From Podarcis pityusensis (lineage: Eukaryota), in assembly GCA_964106645.2 (NCBI GenBank), contig OZ067044.1: a stretch of 64,000 nt of DNA; one strand, written 5' to 3'. The notes under the pieces were generated by a model. It worked only from the letters and a program-made list of their open reading frames with translations, was not told the origin of the DNA and did not search any database. Both the position numbers and the translations under genes were made by a program. Below, in pieces: positions 21,719 through 61,300 of this stretch (the stretch's first letter is position 1; each line of letters starts with the position of its first letter).

Positions 21719-22831
21719 AGGAATGGAAAAAGTCTAATATTTCATATATTAAATGCATATAAATGAATGCTCAAACACGGACATTTAAAGACTAAAAAAA
21801 ACCCCCCACCATTTATTTACACTAGTAGCTGGGATAATGTCAAACCACACACAAGTTTATGATAGAATCCATGTCCTTCACTGGGGTTGAAAAAGGTTTG
21901 CTTCTGCATCACACATTCTACGTTGAATCAATCAGAGGTGTTCTGCTTCTCCATTCATTTAAAATATTGAGTTGGCATAGTTAAATGGTTAGATCTTTCA
22001 TTCAAGTGCACATGCCCAAACATAACTTTTCTCACTCCTGTACCTTTCACAAGTACTGTCAGTTCACACAGGGCGATTCTGAACTAAAAGGCTGAACAAG
22101 TGCTCTGTGTGAATCAAGTGTGAGCCTTCCAATACTTACCAGAATTCTCTGCAGCAGAGGCAAGGGTTGTATGAGAGACTTATCATCACAGAAAGCTTGA
22201 GACCTCCATATTGACAAGCTAACAAACGTGATACTTTCCTGCGTAGGAAGTATTTGCCCTTTCATTTTCATTCTCCATTTTTGTTTTGTTGACTGTGTTG
22301 CCAAGATATACATGCAAATTTCCCCTTCCCTCTTAAGAGACTTATGTATGCCTTGCAACATTCAAATTTACTCACAGCATCATGTTATTTCATGTCTGGA
22401 TATTTCCTTCTCTTCAACATTCTCAAGCCCCATCCACTTCCCCCAACTACAGCAGTTGAGCAAACAAGCGTATGAACAGACCTCCCATTTGTTGAGCTTG
22501 TTCTCCAATTTGAAAATGTTTAAAACTTGTAGTATGAACCTTAAAAATCCCACCTGCAGTGTCAGGAATTTCATAGCTCTTCAGAGAGATACTTCTGGGT
22601 TTTAGAAAATATAAGAACCGGAAAACACAGTGGTAGCCTGTCACTAAGGGCAAATAGGACACTTCCTCATAAATATGCCTGCCTTCAGGCAGCTCTTACC
22701 TGCCTGCCTTCGTACTTAGCAACCTGTCAGGTGGCTCCTGCCTTTTACTGGTTCTGGGTCCAGCTACAGTGGTCTCTCTGCCTTCTACCCTACCAGTCCC
22801 AATGGGCACCAACCAGCATTGGGAAAACACG

Positions 22832-23295
22832 AATAATAATAATTTATTATTTATACCCCACCCATATGGCTGGGTGGGGTATAAATAATAAATCTGGGTG
22901 GCTCCCAACAGAATATTAAAAGCACGATAAAACATCAAACATTAAAAACTTCCCTAAACAGATGTGTTCTAAAAGTCGGAGAATTATTTTCTTGACATCT
23001 TAATGGAAGGTGTTCCACAGGGCAGGCGCTACTACTGAGAAGGCCCTCTGCCTGGTTCCCTGTAAGCTCACTTCTCACAGTGAGGCAACCACCAGAAGGC
23101 CTCGGCACTGGAACTCAGTGTCCTGCTGAATGATGGGGGTGGAGACGCTCCTTCAGGTACACAGGGCCAAGGTCATTTAGGGCTTTAAAGGTCAGCACCA
23201 ACACTTTGAATTGTGCTCGGAAACGTACTGGGAGCCAATGTAGGTCTTTAAGGACTGGTGTTATATAGTCTCAGTGGCCACTCCCAGTCACCACT
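22832..23295 (-). mobile_element. L2-clade LINE 3' fragment
   Basis: (AAT)n tail, ctgggtggctcccaac terminus and ggctttaaaggtcagcaccaacactttgaatt typical of lizard L2. Confidence 0.75.
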
Positions 23296-23688
23296 AAAGA
23301 TAATCTGCCTAGTTTCCCCTCTGAGGTAGATCAAATTATTTCCCAAAACTTAACTGGCACCTGTGTTTCAAGAACACAGTAATGGCTTACAAATAGGAGT
23401 GCTAGCAATATGTGCTAATAATCTTCAACTTCTGCCCTCTGTTAATACAAGCATCCATGTCCTTCTCGTGAATGGCTTCTGCTCCAATACTCCATTTCAG
23501 CTGAGAGCAAGACAACTTGGTGTCATTTTTTCCTGGTTTGTGGTGATGCCAGGTTCACCCTGAATAACAAATTCAATGACTAGGGTGGCAATCACATTCT
23601 GAAAAGTTATTTCCTCTAGGCCTTCCACCCAACAACAGCCATAGATGAATCATCTATACATAAATATATAATTTTACCACAGAACGCT

Positions 23689-23836
23689 TTTATTTATAGC
23701 CTCTCATGACTGGAGAATTTCTTCATGAAGTTCAGTGTGCCAATTTTCTTTAATGTTTCCAAACTGTATTTACAAAATACAATACAATCATATGTTCAAT
23801 ACTGTACAACTGCCAGTAAAAAAAGAAACCTTTATT
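23689..23836 (-). promoter_or_regulatory. Candidate AFG3L2 polyadenylation signals
   Basis: Minus-strand AATAAA (tttatt on plus) at 23831-23836 and 23689-23694 in AT-rich 3'UTR-like sequence. Confidence 0.5.
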
Positions 23837-24492
23837 AAAACAGCAATAATATAATTTAGACTTTACACATTATTCCAGCCTCGGACCCCAAATTCTATTG
23901 GAAAAGCTCTTTAGCAGGCTTCAAATTTCACGATGGACACCAGCACAGCTTTGTTTTACAAATGGCAAGGCAGAAATAAATTTATAGAGTTGGGTGATAA
24001 GTAGATGTTTCTGCAGAACAGAAGTAGTATTGTCATAAATTACTTTGACTCCTGGTAAGCACCAGCAATGCATTTATTGTGTGCTAACAACTTGCATTTG
24101 ATGGAGGCTACTTAAAAGACAGGCAGATGATTTCCCCCCATTATCCATGACAGTACATTAATCTAGGTCGTCTTAAATGTATCTGGTCATGGGCAAGAGT
24201 TGCACAACTTGGATATGGATCTAAAAAGTTGAAAGAAGGGGACTCAGTCCAGATCCATAAGCTGCAAGGTCTCCACTTTTTGTGTGCAGATATTTAGGAA
24301 GCAGGACCTACTAGAATCTGAATCCTCCTCTGTCAAATACAACAACAAACCCTTTCCTGGCTCCACTACTGCTGCAGGCTTGCTTCTTTCCAATCGAGGA
24401 TTCTTGAAGACTAGACTCTGACATGTTCCCTCATTTTCTTTCAGTGTGCAACACATGCACTGTGCCAGTTTATACAACACCATATTTCAACA

Positions 24493-43484
<18,992 letters not shown>

Positions 43485-43784
43485 AGTCGCCGAAACGTGC
43501 CAGCGGCCCCAAAGCACCGCTCTCTTCACTCACTCAGTTACACAAACAGGCGAGCGGGTGGTTGGGGGACCTTGGCCACGCCCCCGGCGCCGCGCGTGAC
43601 GCCATCACGGCGCCCCATGACCCCTCCCGCGCGTGCGCGCAGCCTTCACCATGCTCCGCCTTTTTTCGTAAGCCCCGCCTCTTTTGGAGGCGTTGCGCGT
43701 GTTGCTCTCCGCCAGCCTGGTGCAACAGCGAGACGACCCTATTGAAGACTTGCATGCTAGCTGAAGGACGACCCCTGCTTGGTA

Positions 43785-44026
43785 CAGTGGTACCTCGGGT
43801 TACATACGCTTCAGGTTACATATGCTTCAGGTTACACACTCCGCTAACCCAGAAATAGTGCTTCAGGTGAAGATCTTTGCTTCAGGATAAGAACAGAAAT
43901 CGGGCTCCGGCGGCGCAGCAGCAGCAGGAGGCCCCATTAGCTAAAGTGGTGCTTCAGGTTAAGAACAGTTTCAGGTTAAGAATGGACCTCCGGAATGAAT
44001 TAAGTACTTAACCCGAGGTACCACTG
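43785..44026 (+). mobile_element. MITE family A full copy in the AFG3L2/PRELID3A intergenic promoter region
   Basis: TA-flanked perfect 18-bp TIR, 242 bp. Confidence 0.9.
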
Positions 44027-45510
44027 TATTTGTACCCAAGGCAAACACGCCTACAGGGTGATGGTTGTGCCTGCTGAGGCAGGTTGGCACCAGTGGATCA
44101 GGAGTCGATGAGCGCCGAAATCACATGGCGTCTAGGACACTTACGTAGGCCCCGACGGTATTAATTAGTTACATATATGTCGAAGGGGAAAGAGTGATGC
44201 CTTGGAATTTATTTGCAAGGTCAGTCGGACGGAGACACGTGGCTCCGGTATAACCTCGACCCAGGAAAGTGGAAGAGAGTTCACCAATAAAAGGTGCCGG
44301 AAGCTGCAATTATTTTAATCCTATTTGATTTTAAATTGTCCCAGTACCACGGTCGCTGCCTACTGATTTCGGATTGCATCTCTCATTACGTTACCCGCGC
44401 AGAAACTCTGTGATGAGACAGTTCGGTGTAAATTGCAAGCCTAAACCCATTTATTGGGGAGTAGAAACTGAACACAGTTACATAAAGTTACATAATCCTA
44501 TGTTCGGTATTTTCGAGGACTCTGTTTTGATTACTGTCAAGTAGTTGGGCTTAAATCGCATAGAATACAGTAACATTTTCTCCCCAGTTATGTGTGTGTA
44601 AGAACTGACATCGGTAGATGTTAATTCTGTGACAATCCATAGGCAGGTTTTCCCGCGCTCTGCTCTGTATTCTAGCGATGGCCCTAGAAATCAAGGCCAG
44701 TCGTGAAACCAGTTTGCTTAATTTTCTCTAATGTAACAGGCCTGCCTTAAGTCAACTTGAATTTAGTTTTGTTTTAAGAATGATTTTACAATGCGTTTGC
44801 CAGCGGCTTTGTACAATCTCATGTATATACATTGACAATCATTCATTCTAAATACAGGTATGCGTGCATAGGACCGAACCTTTTCCCCTTTAATAAATAC
44901 GCGCTGCAGAAAACGTGGAAGATTTTATTCCGTGAAAATGTGTGACCTGACTTAATTCGCACCCTAAACCCAGTGAGACTGAAGTCAGTAAGAGTCAGAG
45001 GCCACGACGACACAAGATACTACTCTTCTGCTTTCTGTGCGGGCAAAGATCAAAACACACCCCATGCCAAGGGCAGCCTTAGAATCCCACGCTCGGCTCA
45101 CGACTGATGCAGCCGGCGCAGAGGCGCTACGGATCTGCAAACCCGCGAGGCAAAGCGACTGGATCCACCGAGGAGTCACGCAATTGGCAAGAAACGGCGC
45201 GTTTCCAGAGCCGAAGCCCTGACGTCACTGGCGAGGAATGTGAGCTGGGCGTCCCCTGTTCAAGGTCTTCACACGGACTTGACGCGTCCTTTCCCCGGGC
45301 ATCGAAGGGTGCAGGGAGGCGGGAGCGAGCCGGGTGTCTTTCCAGCGGACAGGAGCGGCGATTGGCTGGCGCGGGGAAGAAGGGCGGGTGGGAGAAGGCT
45401 GACGTCATCGCCCACCCTCCTCCGGGGAAAAGCGCCGCCCTTTCCTTTGGAGCGGAGAAGCCGGTTCTTTCCATTGAGCCGCCATTAACGCTGCTGCTTT
45501 TACAGACAGG

Positions 45511-53263
<7,753 letters not shown>

Positions 53264-54175
53264 CAGTCTCTTTCTACAGCTGCATTTTGTACTAATTAGT
53301 GGTAATACCAGCATTTGTTACCTTGGTACAGCATTTCAGCTTCTAGCAAATCTGTGCATGTTGTTGTCATGTTACTTGAAAGCCTGCATGCCTCGTATAT
53401 ATACACACATTGCATATAGAGGAACAGCACCCTTATTCTTTAACTCTGGAATTTGGGGGGCGTCTGTACTGTCTAATGCTTTGACACAGGAAAAGGTTCT
53501 TATGAACCTGCATGTGTGGGCCACTAATAAGGCCCACCTTCTGTTCTTTGGTAAATCTCTTTTGAGTAAGTGGAATACTGTTAAAAGAACTGCTGCACCT
53601 TGGCCCCAGAGTATTTTGGAAGTAGGTGAAGCTCTGTACAACCAGTCCTCTTGATCCAATGCATGGAATGCTTTGGGGTGAAATACTTGAGGTTGTTAAC
53701 TAGTTCACACTACTGCTGGACTTAGCCTACAGTATGGCAATTCTTGCCTATCAGTGTAGAAATACAGTCCCATCACTGCTTGGACAGAAGGGTTCTCGTT
53801 TAAAAGAAAGCAGTTTATGAAGTCACAATTAGAACATTTGCACCTGTTTACTTGGTCCTTGTTGGTTTTTCCTTTGAGGCAGCTTAAAATCCGTGCAAAA
53901 AGAACGCAAAAAGAAGAAACTGGTTTTCAAAAGTGCCAGCTATTAAGCTTTATTGTCGCTCAGCGCATTTTGGAACTGTCATTCCTCCCTCATGGTGCCC
54001 AATGGGCAGCAGAGCATTTATGTAAGTTGCTTCAGAAAGTCCAAGATTGATCCTGAAGAAGGAACTTCTGTTCTGAAACACATTGTACTATCATAAACTT
54101 CAGCAGTTGGCACTTGTGAGAATTGGGTTCTACTTTTTCTCTTCTTTGCATTATTTCTAGTGTCTGGGCCTCCCA

Positions 54176-54239
54176 TTGTTTAGTCGTGTCCGACTCTTCG
54201 TGACCCCATGGACCAGAGCACGCCAGGCACTCCTGTCTT
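54176..54239 (-). mobile_element. Bov-B 3' tip
   Basis: Nearly identical to 29657-29720. Confidence 0.85.
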
Positions 54240-56188
54240 ACTTTATTTTAATTAGGCAGGAATCACGCAAAACCTTTTGGCTGCATTTGGCTGCATATTT
54301 TTGTTATGAGCACAAGCCTCACTCTCTTCTCCCTGCATTTTGTGAGGGGAGATTAGAAGTGTTCACTTGCAGCTTTGCCCCAAGATGGCCAACTGTGGTT
54401 TGCTTGTTTGCAAAACCGGGATTGGATCCTGGATGTGGGGGAAGATGAATTGAACATATCAGTTTGTTTTCTCATCCTGTTATGGCAAACAACAATTTGT
54501 AGCAGACTAGAAGTTGAAATAGCTTCTCTTCCTCCACATGTAAGTGGGGAACACGGGGAAATATATGAACAACAAACCATGATTCGTTTTTTCACATCTA
54601 AAATCCAGGCTTTTATCTAAACATACACTAATATATAAATAGTTTTGCTATAACAAAGCAGATGTTTTTGTCTAAATGCATTGTTTTAAGAGGCATTGCT
54701 AGCATCTGTTTGACTTGCGGGGAACTTCAGTGACCACCTTTTTCGTTCCTTGAGCTTGACTGCCAAGCTTGGAAACAGATTATTTGACTGTTGATCCTGC
54801 CCTTAAAAGCCTCAATTTTCATTTGCAGAATACAGTTACCAAACATGCCTTAGTGTTGTGTAATACTTAACTACTCCCAATTTTGGAGTGTGTGTATATA
54901 TTACAAAAAAAAAAGTAAACTCTCACTGTATGTTTTCAGTTTTACCATTAAGCCTGTGAAATGTTTCAGAGTTTAAAATTTTATGCTCTCAATCGTTTGT
55001 TAAGTAGTAACCACTGAAATTATGTCCAGTTCTTAACTCTCATTCTGTATGTTCAGTGTGCTACCACCATGTACGTAAATATATTAAAAGGTGCATGCTT
55101 TAATTGGAAATATGCTTGCTCAAGTCATATACTAATATGCTGTTTTATGGTACAACAGAAACTCAGTAAACCAATCCTCTGTCAGATTGTTTTTGCTAGT
55201 TCCATGCATGTTAAAAAGAACCCCGGTCTTTTTGGTCCAGCATTTTGTTTTTAAAGGCTTGCCAGATGTCTATGGGAAGCAAATAACTAAGTCATCAGCC
55301 CAATAGACCACTCTAACTAAGGTCATTTCAAACTCAGCAAAATCGTTCAACATGCTCAGTTACTATATAAACAAATGACCAGTCTTCCCAAGGAAAGCTG
55401 GCCAGACTGGATCAAACTTGACATCTCTATTGTGTCACATGCAGCTGTATATATTGTTGTTCCTGAAATAATTACTGGCATGGGGGAGTCTGATGGGGAC
55501 TTTTTCCATTCAGATCATGGTGAGTGGGTGGAAAGATAAGCCTCCTCTCCCTACTGGTTGCCTTCCCAGTGAGAATATGTCTCCCTGTGAATGTAATATT
55601 TAAGTAGCATACTACATATTAGGCAAATGTCGAGTTTGGTCCTAAAAAACCCACAGAGTTCCACCCTCTCCTTTAAAGAAGCTGCAACCTAGTTCACCCC
55701 ACCAATGTGCTTAGAATCTACTCAAACCAAGCTGCCATTTCATTTCTTAGAATATGTTAAGATGTACGTGTGCTGTGCTTTAAGCCCCAACACTTGTATT
55801 TAGTGTTATAGCATGGAGATTTGTTGATCAAAAGCACTTGGTGCAATAATTCCTGTTAGTTCCTATCTCCCATAGCAATCCTGTGAATTTCTTCATTTGA
55901 CATGTCATATGTCTGTTATTAGTGGGGCCCTTTTTTATTCTTATCTAATGCTTTGATTTTTAAATCCAACTTGTGCAGTTTCTAATGCTCAGAACTTCAT
56001 TCAGTTGAAGGATTGGGTTAAAGGTGGCTAGTTCTGACCCGAGGCCAGGAATGGAAAACACTTCAAACTGAATGGTGTTTTCGAAAGTAACAAATAATTG
56101 AAGAAATTCAAATAATTCTGGCCAAGTGCTTTGGGTCATATGCACACTACAGTCTTTTCTGCAGGAAATCATCCAGTAACAATTACTA

Positions 56189-56374
56189 TATAGTCCAGTA
56201 GCACCTTAGAGACCAACTAAGTTTGTTCTTGGTATGAGCTTTCTTGTGCATGCACATGAAAGCTCATACCAAGAACAAATTTAGTTGGTCTCTAAGGTGC
56301 TACTGGACAATTTTTTAATTTTTTATATATATTTCTACTGCGTCAGACCAACATGGCTACCTACCGGAATCTAG
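56189..56374. mobile_element. Penelope-like element remnant with inverted pseudo-LTR (116-bp palindrome)
   Basis: Palindrome at 56193-56308, tail gaccaacatggctacc shared with 63000-63128, and possible 8-bp TSD AATTACTA (56181-56188 / 56375-56382). Confidence 0.7.
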
Positions 56375-58273
56375 AATTACTAGAATTGTTTGGAGAAAAA
56401 CATGGTTGTGATATTCTTAGAAGCCCAGTATAAGGTTACAGTGTAGATAAGCCCAAAGGCTGTTTCTTCAATCTATTGGTTCATTACACTTTTTATTTCA
56501 AAACTAAGGGTGACTTCCAGTTAACTTGTTCCATCAGCACAAGGATTTTCACTTGCAGAAGGAAACTTCCCCCCTCTTCTTTCACTGTGCATGCCCCATG
56601 CCCTCCTCAAATCTGCTTTATAGGGTTGGGGGTACAGCAGAACAGATTTAGGGGGGTGTCAGGGAAAGGAGAGGGGGTTAGTTCTGTTGTGCATATGGAA
56701 ATCTGCACACTGACAGAGCAAGCTAGTTGCTTTGTCACAGTTTAGAAACAACAAATGCAAATAATATATCCATCTCTCTCTCTTCCAGGAGTGTTGACCT
56801 GAGCTGTTAAGTTTACAGATTTCAACTGAGCACATTTGTATCCAGAAAGATTATGTAACTGTCATTTAATCCAGTAGTGTTCTGTTTCAATTAAAACAAG
56901 CAGCTATAAAAAAAAATAAGTTGGTAGTTAAAGCAGTCATGGTGTGGTACAGGCTTAAAACTAACAGCAATTTGGCTCGAAATGTTAAGCCTTAAGCTAT
57001 TTAGTATTCTGTACAAATACCGTGTTCAGGCTTTTCATAATGCAGATGTGCGCACAGTTTCACTGTATATTTATGTTTCAAAGAAATTAGCTATAGTCCA
57101 GGTAATAAGAGGAGAGGCGGTTCTTGAGCAAAGGTATCTTTTGATCACACGCTAAGTGGCCTTTTGCATCTGCACAAGTGATTAGGCTCCTAGCCTGAAT
57201 ACTTATGGAGGCTCTCACTTTTTTGCTGAGTTTCTCTACTTGAGCTTACTGAGGTTTTCTCCTCAGTTCCACTAGCGCAAGCGCTTTTAACTATGCATGA
57301 GAACTTACCCTACCTGCACACCCTCTAAATCTGCCCTGAAGGGTTGAGGGCAAACTCAAAAAATATTTAGAGGGTGCGCAGGTTGAAGCAGTTCCATTGT
57401 GCAGCCAAGAGTGCTTGCACTGGTGCAACTGTTAAGTTGAATACTGCCCAGCATGTGTTTCAAGTTCTTCTTATTTAGGTTTGCCATCTGTAGCTGGTCT
57501 TTAGGCTCAGTTAAACTGAATTCTAGCAAAAGCGACGCTCTTGCTTTCTAAGTTGCTCTGTACTGAGCATCAGTGATGGTAATTTAGTGTTTCATGATAG
57601 AGAGTAAACAGGATGGGAAAGAAACCATAAACTATAGGTTCATTAATAACGTTCATTAGGACTTGTAACAACTTTTCCACTGCTAGGATGAAGCGGAAGA
57701 AATTGAAGGGGGGGAAATATTATTGATGGGAGAAGGGCTAGTATTAGGCCTCATGTCTGTTCGGTTGCAATCTTACCATGGTAATGGAGGAAGCCACAGA
57801 AATGTGATAGAAAAAATTTCAGGTTGTTCAGAGGCATGCTAGGGATATGAAGCAAATGATGCTTTGCACTTTGAAAAAAGTGGGTAGTCAAAACTCTCTC
57901 TAGCACTGATCCAAGTGCAACAGTCTCTTGTAATTGTGCCTTGCTAGACAGATCTAACATTTGTACTCTGCAAAAGAGCTAGCTTGTAGTCTTGTAACTT
58001 TGTTGGCCTATTATTACTAAGAAAAATGTATTGTCTAAGCAGATCACCCTTCAATTTACGGTTTTCCTTGTTACAGAAGCAAAGGCGGACTAGAATGAAA
58101 TAATATCGTCGTACAAATTCAATGGCACAATTCATTATGATACATTCATAATTCAGAAGACAACAAAGCAGTTTGCTTTGGGAGATCTTTTGGTGTCTGA
58201 CAGAGGAAAGATTTAGAAGTTTAACATCAGTGTATCTGGTCAACCCACTTAGCTCTTGTTCCTTCTTTAACAG

Positions 58274-58366
58274 GGTCGAGAAGCCTTAGAATGGGTGATT
58301 GGCGAACTAACTTCGACGCGAGAGAGCATGAAGTCCGCAATGGCAGCAGCTTCAGCGGAGGACTGA
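58274..58366 (+). CDS. PRELID3A: Alternative distal last exon of PRELID3A (PRELID3B-like C-terminus); gives a 185-aa isoform when spliced to exon 5
   Basis: Pyrimidine-rich acceptor ctcttgttccttctttaacag, phase 0, encoding GREALEWVIGELTSTRESMKSAMAAASAED*. Homologous to the proximal exon and to the recalled PRELID3B end GREAMEWVIHKLN...PMAAAAFAEK. Confidence 0.8.
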   Translation, partial: GREALEWVIGELTSTRESMKSAMAAASAED

Positions 58367-61300
58367 TGGAACTGTGACAGAACTTTATTTTTTCATTATA
58401 TTTTCTCCTTGCCAGGATGGATATTCCAATGTTTTTTATTTAGAAATATATATGTTTATATAATGAAATTTTACAGGTCAGAATCAAACCCCCCCCCCAT
58501 TTTTAAGCCTTTCTAGGGTCCTCTATTTGTCCACAGTGTATGTTTTTTGGCTTTCCCATGGCCTCTAGTTACAAGTGCCCAAATTCGATAGAGTATAGTG
58601 ACCTTAAGTCCTACTGAAGTTAAATGGATGTGGAACTTGCAGAGCAGATTGAAGATCGACATCTACATAAGTACCAAACTGTGCTTTGATCAGAGCTGAG
58701 AGAATAGACTTCCCATCTTATATAACCATTTTCTTGTACTTGAAATTTATTTATTTATTTCTTTAAAAGTGCAGCTGCCGTTCTTATTCTGTAAACGACA
58801 AATAGGTACAGAAAGCACTGGGGATCTCTCTCTCTCTCTCTACAGGCTAGATAAGTATAGTGGGGAGGTAAAATGTGATGGCACAGGAGGTTGACTGACA
58901 CCTGATGTGATCGTCTATGTAGTTCTGCAACACAACCTTCCTTTTACTTAGTGGAGCCTGAAAGAAGATCTGAACAACCTTCCCTGAAATGAAGGTTGGT
59001 GTGCAACAAAATTCCATGGTGGATTGTGCCCTTTGTTGGAGGCTGGAGATCTCCTCCTGAGACTTTGTCTTTGTGGATAGTAATTCTTCCTTGCACTGTT
59101 CAAATGCAGATTCTGAACAAGGTGTTCTAGCACGTTACCTCCTAGTATCTATACTGAAACCACTGAGAGCAGCCATTTTGTTGTGGTAAAAATGGGTTGA
59201 ATCCTCTCTTGTCAATTTTTGTTTTTATTTTTCAGTAGCTAATTTATTTCCATATATGTGAATATACCCTCTGGTCACTTATTATGTGAAGACAATTGAT
59301 ACCTCAGTGGGAAGTACTAGGAAACTTATTTTCTATATGTAATGGGCATAGGTTTGGAGTACTTAGTTGTGTAATTCATTTCTTACTTTTAGCAATGGAT
59401 ACAAGACCATAAAGGATATTTATGGCCCACCCCACATTTCACACCCATCTTCTGGCACTCTGTTTGGCAGTTCCAGGGAGGAGGCTGTTTCATAGTGGTG
59501 GGGGAATGTGATGTTGTGAAGCACAATCACCTCTCCCACCAAGCCAACAGCTTTCATCATTGAGCAAGTTCAAACTCCATTTCTGACCTCTGATTTCAAT
59601 GGAATTTTCTTCTGTAGAAGTAGTTCTATTGAAGCCGGTAAGGACAGAGCACTTGCTTAAAACTAGGTTATGATGGCAGTAGCCCTAGATGTTCCACACA
59701 GAAGATTAGAGAAAAAGAAGAGCGAATAGCAGGCTTTTCAATGGAATTATTTTGGAAGCATGCAGGTCCATGTAACTTCAAAAGTAGTTCATGGTGTTAC
59801 ATTTTGTGTGATTCAAAGTTTTGTTAACAGTTCATTCACTGATGAAAGCCAATCTCCGCGGAACAGAAAGCTACAAACATATATAAATTAATGCACTTCC
59901 AAGCATTGTAGAGTTCAAAACTGTAGTTTAAAACTGTGCAAGATGAAAAATTGGAAAGCTCCTGATTCACAGAGAATGACAAATATCTCGGGCATGAACA
60001 CAAGATGTCTGCCTACAATCCAGTATGATGAAAACAATTCCTGTCTCTCTTCAAACTTTGCTTGCAGTATATCTCTTCTGAATATTTTGTGAAAAGCTGA
60101 AAAAAAACCATGAAGGCTGAAATCTTACTTGTTTAATCTTGGGGACTGGGCACGGTGTGGAATTTGTGACAAAAATAAGAAAGATGCCAAAATTCAGCAT
60201 ACTAGAATTCTTATGTGGAAGCAGAACATGCCAAGAAAACTTAGGGTGTAGCTAAGCTGCATGCGCATCTAAGTGGAATGGTGATGAATTGTTACTGGAG
60301 CCTTTTTTGCTCCCTGCCCGCCCTCCCCCGCCCCACCGGCCTGAATAACCCACGGCATTAACAATTTTTAAGCCGTGGCAGAAAAAGAGCTTCTTTAATA
60401 TGATCAAAGCAATCCCCCCCCCCAATTTCAATATACTTTGTACAAAGAATAGTTGGATTACAAAGAGCCTGCCTTCTGTGAAGGGTATCAGGCCCGTCAT
60501 GGAAGAGGTGGTGTGGCTGGGGCAGAGAAGTTCAGCATTCTAGCCCGTATGTGCGTTCATTTCAACCAAAGTCACCAGCTTTCATATGGAATCCTTCACC
60601 CCACTTCCTTTATTTTGTGTGAAGGTAAACTTGTCCGTGCTTATTCATGTGCACTTCTTCCTTCTGTCTTCTATACAATCGTGGTTGAGTTTCCTTTAAT
60701 AGTCCTACTCCTGTCTCCTAAAGGCGATTAGCCACACTCTTTCGTACCTTTGCTCTTTCTTGTTCCTTCCACGGATCTTGGCTGATGGAACTCTCATATG
60801 ACTGCAGCTCCACAGACTGTCACTTGGTGTCTTGCTTGGTGCGATGTTGTCTCTTAAGGCTGTTCTCTTAGTTCCCTAGTGGATCTTAGAGCTCACAAAC
60901 CTCCGGGCAGGCAAGCTTGGTACTATTGCTTTTATATTGTTTGCTTACCAAATAATGACCACAGTCTTACATTTTCCTGGCTAGCACATATTTATTAGAT
61001 ATTTAACATGGCACAGGAATATGGGCTTCTTTGTGAGGAAGAGCAGGATAGAATTTAATAATAAAATCATGGAAAATAAAAATACGTTGCATTTTCACTC
61101 CTTAGCATGTGAAAATAGAGCATGTGCTCTTTCGATCATGGCTGCCACTACCCTTGCTTCTTGCCCCTTCACATCTTCAGTAAAAGCACTCCATGCTTTT
61201 CCTTTGTCCTTGAAGGCCCCAGCATTCTCTGTTCTAGGTGACTGGAAATCAAACCTTTTTATATCTAGTAGCTTATCTACCTTCCTGAAACTTACCAAAA

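Noticed and set aside
43485-43529. Longer AFG3L2 N-terminus from the ORF track (MKRAVLWG...)
   Set aside because: It starts at a non-ATG codon; MAHRCL at 43484 matches the known start.
58274-58366. Distal exon as a processed PRELID3B pseudogene fragment or separate gene
   Set aside because: It begins exactly at the exon 5/6 boundary behind a genuine acceptor, with no upstream cDNA-like sequence and no other duplicated exons seen between 53.3 and 58.2 kb.
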